Positions 18,888 to 28,849 of a stretch of DNA of 64,000 bases are shown piece by piece. Source of the stretch: Pirellulales bacterium (lineage in GTDB: Bacteria > Planctomycetota > Planctomycetia > Pirellulales > PALSA-1355). The stretch covers positions 576,001-640,000 of the forward strand of contig CAVTBU010000005.1 in the NCBI GenBank assembly GCA_963733035.1. Reading direction: 5' to 3'. Every line of letters starts with the position of its first letter. The first letter of the stretch is position 1. The notes under the pieces are model-generated. The model was not told the origin of the DNA. It searched no databases and saw only the letters and a program-made list of their open reading frames with translations. The translations under genes and the position numbers were made by a program.

Positions 18888-20342
18888 TTACCGCGGCTTC
18901 GGCACAGCGTCGATGTGACCCGGCGGAGTGGGTCCGGGCGCGGCTTCCAATCCTTTGTGCAGCAGGAATCCCATCACGAGCACTTCGTTCACGCGAAACA
19001 ACTCCAGCGCGTGGATGTAGTCCTTCTGAGCGTCGAAGTACTCGCGCTGCGCGTCGAGCACGTCCGGCCACTCGACGCGATTGACCTTGTAGCTTTCGAG
19101 CAATTCACGGTAGGCGGCCTGAGCCTCGGGTAGGATGATCTGCCGATATTGCGTCGCGTGCTGGTACGCGGTAAGGTACCGCTGGTGGACTTCGGCCAAC
19201 TGCATCCGCAGATGCCACTCCACGCGACTGACCTCGTTGCGTTGGCGTATCAGATCGGCTTGTGCCTGCCGAACCGTACCCTGGTTGCGATCAAATATCG
19301 GCACGTCGAATTGCAGTCCCGCCATCGACACGCCGCTGCTGTCCGAAAAGTCGTAGCCGGTTCCGCCCGAGAACTTGAGGTTGGGAACCCATTGCGCCTC
19401 TTCGCGGCGGACGGTAATTTGGTCGGCAACGAACTTGGCGCGCGCGGCGGCAAGCTCCGGGCTTTCGGTCCACAATCGCCGTAAGGCGGCGTCGAAACCA
19501 ATTGGCCTTTCGTTGATCGTCATCTCGCCGACGACCTGGCCTTGGGCGACATTGATGCCCGCCAGGCTGGTCAGCTCCTGAAACCGCTGCCGGTACTCGT
19601 TCTCGGCGGTCAACAGGTCCAGTCGCGCGCGCTGCAGGGCAATGTCGGCTCGCCGCACTTGAGGCCGCCGGGCCTGTCCTTCGTTGAACATTTCCCGCGC
19701 CGTCAAAGCCCCGTCCTCGGCTACTTTCAGCAGCTCCTTTTGAATGCGCACGATTTCCGCCAGCGCCAACGTCCGGAAGTAGTGCATCCGCACGTCGTTG
19801 AGTACCTTGAACTGCTGCGCCACGGCCAGGTGTTCCGAGATGCGAGCCCGCTGCATGTACTTCATGCGGCTCAATCGCAACTTTCCGCCGGTCACCACTT
19901 CCTGCTTCACGATGCCCCCCTGAAACTCGCCCGGTGTGCGCACGCGCGCATTGTTGGGCTGGCCAATCAACTCGCCGGCATACTGCATTAAAGGATTGGG
20001 ATAGAGCCCGGCTTCCAGCGCCTTGCCCAACTCGGCCGAAACATGCGCGCGGGCTTGCTGCAACGTCGGGTTGTTCTGCATCGCCAAGCTCAATAGCATG
20101 TCGAGATCGAGATGCGTCGACGCTGCGACTTCCCCCCCAGGGGCAAATTGTTCTTGCCGCTGCATGGCCGGCGGCGGTCCCGGCATGGCCGGTGGCGGAA
20201 GATACTGCCGGCCAACCTGATAGGCCGGCCCGGCAGCCGGCGGCGGCGCCGGAATCGCCTCTTGCGCAGCCGCGCTCGTTGTGCGCACGATGAGCGCAAG
20301 AACGAAGATGCAGCTCGGGAGGCGATGATTCATCTCGATCAT
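18888..20342 (-). CDS. TolC/CzcC-family outer-membrane efflux protein
   Basis: Signal peptide; AMQNNPTL, GLYPNP, TGGKLRLS and VPIFDRNQG. Confidence 0.9.
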   Translation of the reverse strand: MIEMNHRLPSCIFVLALIVRTTSAAAQEAIPAPPPAAGPAYQVGRQYLPPPAMPGPPPAMQRQEQFAPGGEVAASTHLDLDMLLSLAMQNNPTLQQARAHVSAELGKALEAGLYPNPLMQYAGELIGQPNNARVRTPGEFQGGIVKQEVVTGGKLRLSRMKYMQRARISEHLAVAQQFKVLNDVRMHYFRTLALAEIVRIQKELLKVAEDGALTAREMFNEGQARRPQVRRADIALQRARLDLLTAENEYRQRFQELTSLAGINVAQGQVVGEMTINERPIGFDAALRRLWTESPELAAARAKFVADQITVRREEAQWVPNLKFSGGTGYDFSDSSGVSMAGLQFDVPIFDRNQGTVRQAQADLIRQRNEVSRVEWHLRMQLAEVHQRYLTAYQHATQYRQIILPEAQAAYRELLESYKVNRVEWPDVLDAQREYFDAQKDYIHALELFRVNEVLVMGFLLHKGLEAAPGPTPPGHIDAVPKPR

Positions 20343-20952
20343 TGCCTTGGTTCAGATTCGGCGATTCATTCGAGAATTGCTTGTGAGAATCGATGGTGGT
20401 GAAGAGAACGATCTGCCTTCCCGTTGTAGATTCAAAATGCGCCGGAATGCCGGCGTTGACGGGAACCGTTTGGGACTCGGTACGGACTGGCCGCGGTGCG
20501 CGGAAGGTATTGATGCCGGCGACAGATTTGACCGACGCGTTTGGACTTTGCGAAACCAGAGATGGCCCCGGAGAGAGACCACCCACTGGCGCGGCAAACG
20601 CACGAGGTGAACGGCGGGCTGCATGTCTATGCCCGGATCGTGCCGATGTTAACGACCATGACTTAGGATCGGCATTTTCCGGTTACGCCGGCGGTATTCC
20701 GGGAAATCCTCCGATGACCGTCACAGTCGTCAAAGTCCTCCAGCCCTCACTGACAAGACCGGACGAAGTCTCGAAGTCTGCCGCTTGCGGCCCTGCTGGC
20801 CGCCAAGATAATGCCGCGGCTGCATGCTCTGCCAGCATGCACAGCTGGGAATTGATGCGTCACTGCGGAGCCGTAGTGACCCAAAGGTCGGCTGGAGACT
20901 GTCCGAGAACGCGAGCGTGCGGGTTGCTTGAGCGCCTGCACGCTTTTTTACT

Positions 20953-21333
20953 TCAACGGCCAAACCAAAACGAGAACGACGGCGCAATAACCGGGCGCGG
21001 CGCGACCATCACCGGGGCGGGCACAACGACAGGTGCCGGTGCATAGGCGACGGGCGCGGGAGCCGGCGCGGGGCCGGGAACGGCGGTGGGCGGCGCGGCA
21101 ACTGCAGGCGCCGGAGCAACGACCGGAGCCGGATAGTAGTACGTCGGCGCCACGTAGTATGCCGGTGCGTAGTAGGGTCGATAGGCGGGCCCCCAGCCCG
21201 CCCCTCCAAAGAAGAACGAACCGCGCCAACCTCCACCGCCATAGTGCCCGTGGCCGTGCCCACCCGCCAGAACGCTTGTCGCAACCAACAGCACGGCCGT
21301 AGCGGTCAATACCTTGAGTACTGGGGCCTTCAT
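20953..21333 (-). CDS. Small secreted Gly/Tyr/Pro-Ala-Val-rich low-complexity protein (PXPV-like)
   Basis: MKAPVLKVLTATAVLLVATSVLA signal, GGHGHGHYGGGGW, YYAPAYY, PAPV repeats and terminal SFSFWFGR. Confidence 0.75.
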   Translation of the reverse strand: MKAPVLKVLTATAVLLVATSVLAGGHGHGHYGGGGWRGSFFFGGAGWGPAYRPYYAPAYYVAPTYYYPAPVVAPAPAVAAPPTAVPGPAPAPAPVAYAPAPVVVPAPVMVAPRPVIAPSFSFWFGR

Positions 21334-21671
21334 TGTCGGGTTCTCCGGAAACGCGAGCGTTCGCAAACGCTCTAGGGTGGTCGCCACTTTATTTATCGCT
21401 GTCCACCCGCCGTGAACTTTGGTGGGCCTGCGCCGCGGGCCGATTGGGAGGGTGAGTGTCGTCAGCGATAGCTCGCTTGGGACGGGAAGCTGGCGGCAAT
21501 GTGTCATCGCAATGACACTCCCCCGCGTGTCACTCCGGACACGAATCGTCCCAGCCACACGGCCGGCGGCAAGCACGTTCGCTTTTAACGCCGACGTTTG
21601 ATACTCGAACCGCTCATCGACGAGCAAGATCAGTTCGGTCGCGGCGAGATTTCGGGACGGCGGGGGACAGT

Positions 21672-22385
21672 TCAGGCCATCTGTCGCACGACATCCAGCA
21701 CGGTCGTGTACAACATTAGTGCCAGCAGCAACAGCATGCCCACGACTGCCATGCCGGTATGCAACCGGGCGAGCTTCGGATGGATCTTTTCCAGCAATGC
21801 GCAGAATATCTTGCCGCCGTCCAACGGAGCGATCGGCAGCAGATTGAACACCGCCAGGTTGAGGTTAAGCAGCACGGCGAAACGAATCGTACTGAGCATC
21901 CCGTCGCTCATCACCTGCTTGCCGGCCGACACGATGCCCACCACGCCCGAGAGCTTGTCGGGTTCGAGAAACAACATCGGAATCACGGCCAGCAATTGAC
22001 CGGTCAGACCCGCTACCTGAATCCACGGCTCGACGAGCGCACCGCGTAAGCTGAAGCCGTCGATCATCCAACTGGCCACAGCCAGCAGCACCGCGGCCGA
22101 GACGAAATTCGCCGCAGGTCCGCCCAGCCAAAATACAATTCGTTTCCGAACGGGAATTGCGAAAAACGCCGCCTCGTCCTCGATCTGCGGCATCACGTAG
22201 CCGCCCAAGGGTACTGCCGACAGACAATATTCCACACCGCGAAATCGACGCCTCCAGAGCACCGGCCCAAAGCCAATCGAAAACCGCTCGACCGGAATCC
22301 CCATCGCCTGGGCCGCCAACAGGTGCCCCAACTCGTGTACGAAGATTAACAGCCCGATCAAACCAATCGTCAACAGATAAGTCAT
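21672..22385 (-). CDS. Site-2 protease (M50, RseP-like) lacking PDZ domains
   Basis: HELGH, FSIGFGP, PLGGYV, GGPAAN and NLLPIAPLDGG in only ~237 aa. Confidence 0.9.
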   Translation of the reverse strand: MTYLLTIGLIGLLIFVHELGHLLAAQAMGIPVERFSIGFGPVLWRRRFRGVEYCLSAVPLGGYVMPQIEDEAAFFAIPVRKRIVFWLGGPAANFVSAAVLLAVASWMIDGFSLRGALVEPWIQVAGLTGQLLAVIPMLFLEPDKLSGVVGIVSAGKQVMSDGMLSTIRFAVLLNLNLAVFNLLPIAPLDGGKIFCALLEKIHPKLARLHTGMAVVGMLLLLALMLYTTVLDVVRQMA

Positions 22386-22427
22386 GCCGATTTCCGTTAC
22401 TGAATGCCTGTATAAGCCGGGTCGCCA

Positions 22428-22463
22428 ATAGTTCGCCCTGTCCCGATAATTCGCTCTGCCCCG
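22428..22463. repeat. Two tandem degenerate 18-bp direct repeats upstream of the site-2 protease
   Basis: ATAGTTCGCCCTGTCCCG and ATAATTCGCTCTGCCCCG (15/18 identical). Confidence 0.6.
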
Positions 22464-22511
22464 ATCATAATTGGAAACCACCGGCCAGAAAAGAAGGCCC
22501 GAACTTCCACG

Positions 22512-22904
22512 CTAGTCACCCTTAAACAGCAGTGCCTTCGGCAGCCGCGTCACCCGTCCCTCGCGGTTGATGCAGGCCAGCACGCTTTCTCCCTCGGCCA
22601 GCAGCTCCTCGCCGCGAAAGACTTCATACTTGTTGACGCAGCGGGCGCCGCGAGCCTCGACCAGCGTCGTTCGCAGCCGCAGCAAGTCGTCGTAACTGGC
22701 CGGCAGGTAGTACTTGCAAGTAATTTCCGAAACCACGAGCATCCAGCCTTCCTCTTCGATACGGCGATATTCATAGCCCGCGGCGCGCAGCAGCTCGGTC
22801 CGTCCCATCTCGAAATAGGTCAGGTAGTTGGCGTGATGCAGCCGCCCCTGGGCGTCGGTTTCCTGGTACCGCACGCGAATGTCGATTTCATGCTCGTAAA
22901 GCAT
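22512..22904 (-). CDS. YbgC/FadM-type acyl-CoA thioesterase (hotdog fold)
   Basis: RVRYQETDAQGRLHHANYLTYFEMGR. Confidence 0.9.
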   Translation of the reverse strand: MLYEHEIDIRVRYQETDAQGRLHHANYLTYFEMGRTELLRAAGYEYRRIEEEGWMLVVSEITCKYYLPASYDDLLRLRTTLVEARGARCVNKYEVFRGEELLAEGESVLACINREGRVTRLPKALLFKGD

Positions 22905-23019
22905 GGCCCGATCGTAGCGGGAAACCGGTCGTCTTGGAAACACCAAGCCGCGGGGCCGGAAATCGCCAAGTTCTACTCACGCTGCTACAATATGGGGGAT
23001 CCTGTTTGCGAGGTTCCCC

Positions 23020-23775
23020 ATGCTGAACCTAACCCGCACCGATCCGCTGGCAGTCGCTGCCACCGAGGCCATCCAATCGGGCGATCAGGAAACGCTGCGC
23101 GAATTGCTCAACGAGCATCCCGAGCTAGCGACCGCGCGAATCGCATCGCCCGACGCGTGTGCCAGCGATGTCTCACGCACGCTATTGCACGTCGCCACCG
23201 ACTGGCCCGGGCACTTTCCCGGCGGCGCGCAAACCGTGGCGGCACTTGTAGCGGCTGGCGCTGACGTGAATGCCCCGTGTACCGGCCGACATACCGAAAC
23301 GCCCCTACACTGGGCGGCCAGTTGCGACGACGTGGCCGTGCTCGACGCGTTGCTCGATTTTGGCGCTGACATCGAAGCCTCCGGTGCGGTCATTGGCGGA
23401 GGCACGCCGCTGGCCGATGCCGTGGCGTTCGGTCAGTGGAAAACCGCCCGGCGACTGGTTGAACGCGGCGCCAAGGCCAACCTCTGGCAGGCTGCCGCGC
23501 TCGGCTTGATGGATCGTGTGGAGCAATTCTTCGCCGACGGCCATCCGCCCACCGCCGACGAAATCACGCAGGCTTTTTGGCTCGCCTGCCACGGCCGTCA
23601 GCGGCCGGCGGCCGAGTATCTGCTGGCCCGCGGCGCGAATCTCAATTGGGTTGGCTATGACGGACTGACGCCTCTCGATGCGGCCCTGCGCAGCAAGGCC
23701 GACGCGCTCACGGGTTGGCTTGTCGGGCTGGGGGCAATCTCGGCCAATCCACCCGCCACCGACAAGGACGAGTAA
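23020..23775 (+). CDS. Ankyrin-repeat protein
   Basis: Repeats RTLLH, ETPLHWAA, GTPLADA and LTPLDAA with GADVNA-type ends. Confidence 0.9.
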   Translation: MLNLTRTDPLAVAATEAIQSGDQETLRELLNEHPELATARIASPDACASDVSRTLLHVATDWPGHFPGGAQTVAALVAAGADVNAPCTGRHTETPLHWAASCDDVAVLDALLDFGADIEASGAVIGGGTPLADAVAFGQWKTARRLVERGAKANLWQAAALGLMDRVEQFFADGHPPTADEITQAFWLACHGRQRPAAEYLLARGANLNWVGYDGLTPLDAALRSKADALTGWLVGLGAISANPPATDKDE

Positions 23776-23894
23776 CGGCTCCCGCGTTTGCTGACGCGCG
23801 GGCAAGTGAGTATGATCACGCTTGTCACGGTATGTGAACCTCCGCAAACTCCAGACCGCCGCGTCGCGCCATCCTTCCGCGAAACGCATGATCC

Positions 23895-25028
23895 ATGAGA
23901 ATCTTGATCCAGGGTGCCGGAATCGCCGGTCTCGCACTCGCACGGGAGCTACAGGCACGCGGAATTGACTACCTGATCGTCGAGAAAGCAACGGCCATTG
24001 CCGCCGTCGGCGCCGGAATCACCTTGGCCAGCAATGCCCTCAAGTGCCTCAGCAGCACCATCGACTTGAAGTCGCTCAGGGCGAAAGGCCAAACGCTCGA
24101 GTTGATGCAGTTGCGGTCCGACTCGGGGGAAACGCTTTCCACGCTTCCAACCAAGTTGCCGCGGGATGACCGCCACGGAATTGCGATTCATCGCTACCGA
24201 CTCCATGAAACGTTGCTCGAAGGACTCGATTCAGCAAAGATTCTGCTCGGCGTTTCCATCCAGAATTTCCACGGCGACCATCAGCGCGTGCACGCCGTCC
24301 TTTCCAATGGCGAATCGGTCGAGGTCGACTATCTGGTGGGGGCCGATGGTCTGAAGTCGGCCATACGAAGCTACGTCGATCCGGACGCCACGATCGTATT
24401 CTCGGGCTACACGTGCTGGCGAACCGTGGTCGCACACACCCTTGCGAGTCCAACGCAGGCGGTTGAAGCCTGGGGCCGCGGCAAGCGGTTGGGCTACCTG
24501 CAAATCGCGCCTGGCGAACTCTACATTTACCTCACGCTGAATGTATCAAAACGCGAATACGCGAGCGGTCAGACGCAACGCACACACGCGGAATTGCGAA
24601 CCATCTTTAGCGACTTTCAGGCCGAATCGGCCTCCGTGGTGCAACTTCTCACCGACGACGTGCCGCTGATCCACAACGACCTCGAGGAAATCGACTGTCA
24701 CCGGTGGACCAAAGACCGCGTCGTGCTGATCGGCGATGCCGCGCACGCCATGACCCCCAACCTGGGACAAGGAGCCGCCATGGGAATCGAAGACGCCTAC
24801 ACGCTGGCCAACTTTTGGTCGCAAGACGCGAGTCCCTCGTCGCTCGAGCGGTTCGTCGAGGCCCGTCGCCCGCGCATCCGCTTCATGCAAAACGAATCCC
24901 GCCGAACCGGCCGCATCGGCCAGTGGAGTTCCCCACCGGCCGTCTGGCTCCGGCAAGCCGTCGTCAAGAACCTCCCGCAATTCGTGCACGACCGCCTGCA
25001 CCAAAGAATCTTTGCCGGCGTCGCCTGA
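23895..25028 (+). CDS. FAD-dependent monooxygenase (group A aromatic hydroxylase family)
   Basis: Motifs GAGIAG, VGADG and IGDAAHAMTPNLGQGAAMGIEDA. Confidence 0.92.
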   Translation: MRILIQGAGIAGLALARELQARGIDYLIVEKATAIAAVGAGITLASNALKCLSSTIDLKSLRAKGQTLELMQLRSDSGETLSTLPTKLPRDDRHGIAIHRYRLHETLLEGLDSAKILLGVSIQNFHGDHQRVHAVLSNGESVEVDYLVGADGLKSAIRSYVDPDATIVFSGYTCWRTVVAHTLASPTQAVEAWGRGKRLGYLQIAPGELYIYLTLNVSKREYASGQTQRTHAELRTIFSDFQAESASVVQLLTDDVPLIHNDLEEIDCHRWTKDRVVLIGDAAHAMTPNLGQGAAMGIEDAYTLANFWSQDASPSSLERFVEARRPRIRFMQNESRRTGRIGQWSSPPAVWLRQAVVKNLPQFVHDRLHQRIFAGVA

Positions 25029-25244
25029 TCAAGGTGCCAAACCGTTTGGCCGCATAACCTGCATTTGCAAATCAGTTCCGCCATCGGCGGGCCAGATTCC
25101 TATCCAATGCCCGTGGGAGCACCGTCGCCTCCCGTTCGCTTGGACGGAGAGACGCAGCCGCCGAGCCGCCTCATGCTCGCAGCCCAAACAGCATTCATCA
25201 TCGGCACCGAACGTCCGTGGCAGCGCACTGTGCGATCCACTGGG

Positions 25245-25781
25245 ATGAATTGGTTGGCAATGCTCCTGGCGATTGCAGCCGGACTAATCACCCCTGGGTG
25301 TGCCGAGCCGCAATCCAAGACCGAATCCGCCTTGGGTGGCAAGCGTGTTCTCGACACCATCAAGCATGCCGATCGGATTGAAGCATATCGACTACGGCCC
25401 CAGTTTGTTGACGATAGCGCGCATCTCCTGGAAGAAGATGATCGCGAGCGAACCAAGGCAAGTGACTACGAGGTAGTTGGCGACGCCGTCGACGTCCCCG
25501 ACGACATTGCAAAACGGTTTGCCGCGATTCTCGATGCTCCCGAGTCGTACCTTTGGGATATGGCATCTGGCTGCGTACCCGACTACGGTGTCCGCCTGTC
25601 ATTCGTCCGCGACAGCGAACGTGTTGACGTGTTGTTTTGCCTCGAGTGCGATCTTCTCTCGGTCTTTCGCAATGACCGTGCACGCGGAGGAGCCGACTTT
25701 AGTCCGGCGCATGGCCGGCTGGTGGCGGAATTCAAAAAACTGTTTCCCGACGACAGGGCAATCCAGGGCCTGTCCCCATGA
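25245..25781 (+). CDS. Hypothetical lipoprotein
   Basis: MNWLAMLLAIAAGLITPG-C lipobox-like signal; Cys motif C..(VLF)CLEC. Confidence 0.65.
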   Translation: MNWLAMLLAIAAGLITPGCAEPQSKTESALGGKRVLDTIKHADRIEAYRLRPQFVDDSAHLLEEDDRERTKASDYEVVGDAVDVPDDIAKRFAAILDAPESYLWDMASGCVPDYGVRLSFVRDSERVDVLFCLECDLLSVFRNDRARGGADFSPAHGRLVAEFKKLFPDDRAIQGLSP

Positions 25782-25805
25782 GTCGCCCGGCACCAAGGCG
25801 AATCG

Positions 25806-25834
25806 TTGACGCTTGCTCCCCAATTCCCTATAAA
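25806..25834 (+). promoter_or_regulatory. Sigma70-like promoter of the ACT-domain gene
   Basis: TTGACG-N17-TATAAA. Confidence 0.55.
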
Positions 25835-25930
25835 TAGGCGGTTTACGCTGCGACCACCCGGCGTCGGAAGCCTCCGCTTCCGCACCGCGCAGGCTCCGCA
25901 ACTTCGCTTGGATCCATCCGCGAGTCTTTG

Positions 25931-26422
25931 ATGAGCGTTGGGGAAGGAACCGGAACCGGGTTCTCGACGATGCGGGGGCGCAACTATCCCTCGATTCGGC
26001 AGTTCACCGTGTTCATGGAGAACCGCGTCGGCCAGTTGCTCGAAGTGATCCGCCGCTTCGAGGGAAGCCGCGTGCGGATCGTTGCCCTCTCGATCAACGA
26101 TTCGGCCGAATGCGCGTTCGTGCGATTTTTGCTCAGCCATCCCGAACAGGGGCGCGAGGTCCTGGAACGTGCCGGCCTGGCCCTGATCGAAAGCGATCTG
26201 ATCGGCGTCGAACTGCCCGAGGGGAACCAGCCACTCTTGCAGGTTTGCACCGCCCTGTTGCAGGCCGAGGTAAATATCATTCAGGCCTACCCGCTGATTC
26301 TGCGGCCGCGCGGCAGGCCCGCCGTGGCCCTGATGGTCGACAATATCGAAATGGGCCTGGAAACCCTCGACCGCAAGGGCTTCAGCATGATTACCGAAGC
26401 CGATCTGTCCGAAATCGAGTAG
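25931..26422 (+). CDS. Tandem ACT-domain (amino-acid binding) protein
   Basis: RQFTVFMENRVGQL..IVALSI, then a second ACT repeat (LLQVCTALLQAEVNIIQAY). Confidence 0.85.
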   Translation: MSVGEGTGTGFSTMRGRNYPSIRQFTVFMENRVGQLLEVIRRFEGSRVRIVALSINDSAECAFVRFLLSHPEQGREVLERAGLALIESDLIGVELPEGNQPLLQVCTALLQAEVNIIQAYPLILRPRGRPAVALMVDNIEMGLETLDRKGFSMITEADLSEIE

Positions 26423-26689
26423 GCAGCTGCGGCGCGGCCGGCGTTTGCCCGAGAAACAGCTCGCAATTCAGCAATTCCCGCATCAAACGTACGTTCATCG
26501 CAGAGGACTTGGCGGCACGCGGAGACTTCAATTTGCTGGTTTTCTCCGCGTCCCGCCGGGCCCTCGGCGGTTCCTTTTCTCCAGGCGGACCTTCACGCCG
26601 GCCCCCGGTCCCCTTTCCAAGGCCTCGTGGCTAGAATTAAAGTTCGCAGCAGATCTGCTATTTCGCCACCCGCGTTCCCGAGTCGTCGT

Positions 26690-27400
26690 ATGCCGATTTC
26701 CGTCGTTTGCCCAGGCTGCAAGGCACGCTTCAACGTCAGCGAAAAGTTCGCTGGCAAGCAGGGACCCTGCCCCAAATGCAAAAAGGTCATCACCGTCCCA
26801 GATGCGCCGGCCGAAGAAGTCACGATTCATGCCCCCGAGGAATACTCTTCCGGCGGCAAGGACAGCAAAGGCCGCCCGGTTCTCAAACCGATCGCGCGAA
26901 CCGAGACCAAGCTTTCACCGACAATGATCGTGGCGATTGTCGGCAGCGCGGCGCTCACGCTCGTCGTCGCGTTCATGATGCGGATGGCACCGGCCGATAA
27001 CAAGCCGCTCATCGCGGCCGTTGGCTTGCTCTTGATCGGTCCGCCCTTGGCATTTGCCGGCTATACGTTTCTCCGCGACGACGAGTTGGAACCCTATCGC
27101 GGGCGGGCGCTTTACCTGCGGGTGGCGCTGTGCGGATTGGGATATGCCCTGTTGTGGGCAGTCTATTGGCCGCTGCCCACCTATGGCATCATCACCGGCG
27201 AAGTCTGGCAGTGGGTCTTCGTGATTCCGGTGTTCGTCGCCGCGGGAGCCGGCATCTCGTTTGCCACGCTCGATTTGGACTTCGGCAGCGCGGCCATGCA
27301 CTACTGTTTCTTTCTCGTGGTGTCGATCCTGCTGCGGTTTGCCATCGGCATGCCGGCACTCTGGGAACAAGCCGGTTCGGCAGCCCCCGTACCTTTCTAA
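26690..27400 (+). CDS. Zinc-ribbon-containing membrane protein
   Basis: CPGC...GKQGPCPKC, then about five TM helices. Confidence 0.8.
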   Translation: MPISVVCPGCKARFNVSEKFAGKQGPCPKCKKVITVPDAPAEEVTIHAPEEYSSGGKDSKGRPVLKPIARTETKLSPTMIVAIVGSAALTLVVAFMMRMAPADNKPLIAAVGLLLIGPPLAFAGYTFLRDDELEPYRGRALYLRVALCGLGYALLWAVYWPLPTYGIITGEVWQWVFVIPVFVAAGAGISFATLDLDFGSAAMHYCFFLVVSILLRFAIGMPALWEQAGSAAPVPF

Positions 27401-27421
27401 CGGAGTTCGATACCCACGCCA

Positions 27422-28753
27422 ATGAGCGAAATTCGCGAGCTGCCGGAAGTCGCGGGCCTGGACGGCGCCCAGGCAATGTTGCGGATCCCCGCGGAAATCG
27501 ACGTGCCGCTCACGCCGCGCGTGCGGGCGATTATCGACACGGCCGAATTCCGTCGCCTGCAGCGGATCAGCCAGTTGGGACTGGTGTCACTCGTCTATCC
27601 GGCCGCCATCCACACGCGATTCGAACATTCGCTGGGCGTCTATCGCTTGGCGCTGCTGTTTCTGCGGCAGTTGTCGTACGAACCACGATTTGCCAAAGTC
27701 GTCACGGCCCCGGACGCCGAGTTATTTATTGTCGCGGCGTTGCTTCACGATCTGGGACATTGGCCGTTTTGTCACCCGATCGAGGATATTCGCCTGCCAA
27801 GCGTGCCCCAACACGAGCTGTTCGCCAACAGTTTCCTGCTCGAAGGCGAAATCGCTGATGCCCTGCGCGATGACTGGGGGATTCAACCGCGCGACGTCGT
27901 GGCTTTGCTCTCAGGCAAGCCGCGCGATACCAAGAGTCGCCTGCTCTCCAGCATGCTCTCGGGCCCGATCGATATCGACAAAATGGACTACTTGTTCCGC
28001 GACAGCCTGCACGCGGGGGTCCCCTACGGCCGCAATTTCGACCAGGGCCGTTTGATTGGCAGCCTGTGCCCGAACGCTCAAGCGAGCGGCCTGGCGATTA
28101 CTGAAAAGGGGAAGACCGCCGCCGAGATGATGGTCTTCGCCCGCTACGTCATGTTCAGCGAGGTGTACTGGCACCACGGCGTCCGGGCTGCCACGGCCAT
28201 GCTGCAGCGGGCCTTTTATCTGATGCATGGACAGCTCGATCTCGACGGACTGTTTCGTCTGACCGAGGGACCGATGATCGAGCAGCTGACGAAGATCGGC
28301 GGTGACGGCGCGGCTGGCGATTTGCTACAAGGCTTGTTCGGCCCCCATCGTCGGCTCTACAAGCGGTTGGCCCAATTTGGCGTAAACGACGCCTCCGGCA
28401 TCTTCGAGCAACTCGCCCGCCGACCCTATCCCTGGCTGGCCGCCTGTGCTCAACAATTCGCCCACCAGGCCAGCACGGCGCTGGGCCGCGTCGTCGCCCC
28501 GCACGAAATCCTCTTCGACGCTCCACCCGTTGAGCGCGAGGTCGACTTCAACATCGACGTCTACTTCCCGAAGGAAGACGCCTATCGCCCGCTCGGCGAA
28601 ATCTCCCCCGTCGTTCGCGCCCTCGGCACGCAGTTCGACGACTATGTCAAACGCGTCCGCGTTTTCGCGCACCGGCGTGTCGTCGACGACCTGCAACAAC
28701 TACCGCAACTCAGCGAGCTGCTCGAGGAAGCCATCGAGAAAACCGGCGATTGA
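27422..28753 (+). CDS. HD-domain phosphohydrolase (SAMHD1/dNTP triphosphohydrolase-like)
   Basis: Motifs RLQRISQLG, HTRFEHSLG, LLHDLGH, DIDKMDY and VYWHH. Confidence 0.9.
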   Translation: MSEIRELPEVAGLDGAQAMLRIPAEIDVPLTPRVRAIIDTAEFRRLQRISQLGLVSLVYPAAIHTRFEHSLGVYRLALLFLRQLSYEPRFAKVVTAPDAELFIVAALLHDLGHWPFCHPIEDIRLPSVPQHELFANSFLLEGEIADALRDDWGIQPRDVVALLSGKPRDTKSRLLSSMLSGPIDIDKMDYLFRDSLHAGVPYGRNFDQGRLIGSLCPNAQASGLAITEKGKTAAEMMVFARYVMFSEVYWHHGVRAATAMLQRAFYLMHGQLDLDGLFRLTEGPMIEQLTKIGGDGAAGDLLQGLFGPHRRLYKRLAQFGVNDASGIFEQLARRPYPWLAACAQQFAHQASTALGRVVAPHEILFDAPPVEREVDFNIDVYFPKEDAYRPLGEISPVVRALGTQFDDYVKRVRVFAHRRVVDDLQQLPQLSELLEEAIEKTGD

Positions 28754-28849
28754 ACGACAGAATCGTCGAACTTCCGTTACTGCGTGCTGGTGAATCCTCG
28801 ACCAAAAAAGGGTTCTTGAAATCGGGCCAGCACCTGGTGCACAATCGCG

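Noticed and set aside
19291..21046. Long alternative ORFs (19291..20586, 20393..21046; likewise 54992..56251, 6252..7274, 30291..31253)
   Set aside because: These are shadow frames of GC-rich genes, with Arg/Pro-rich composition and no motifs.
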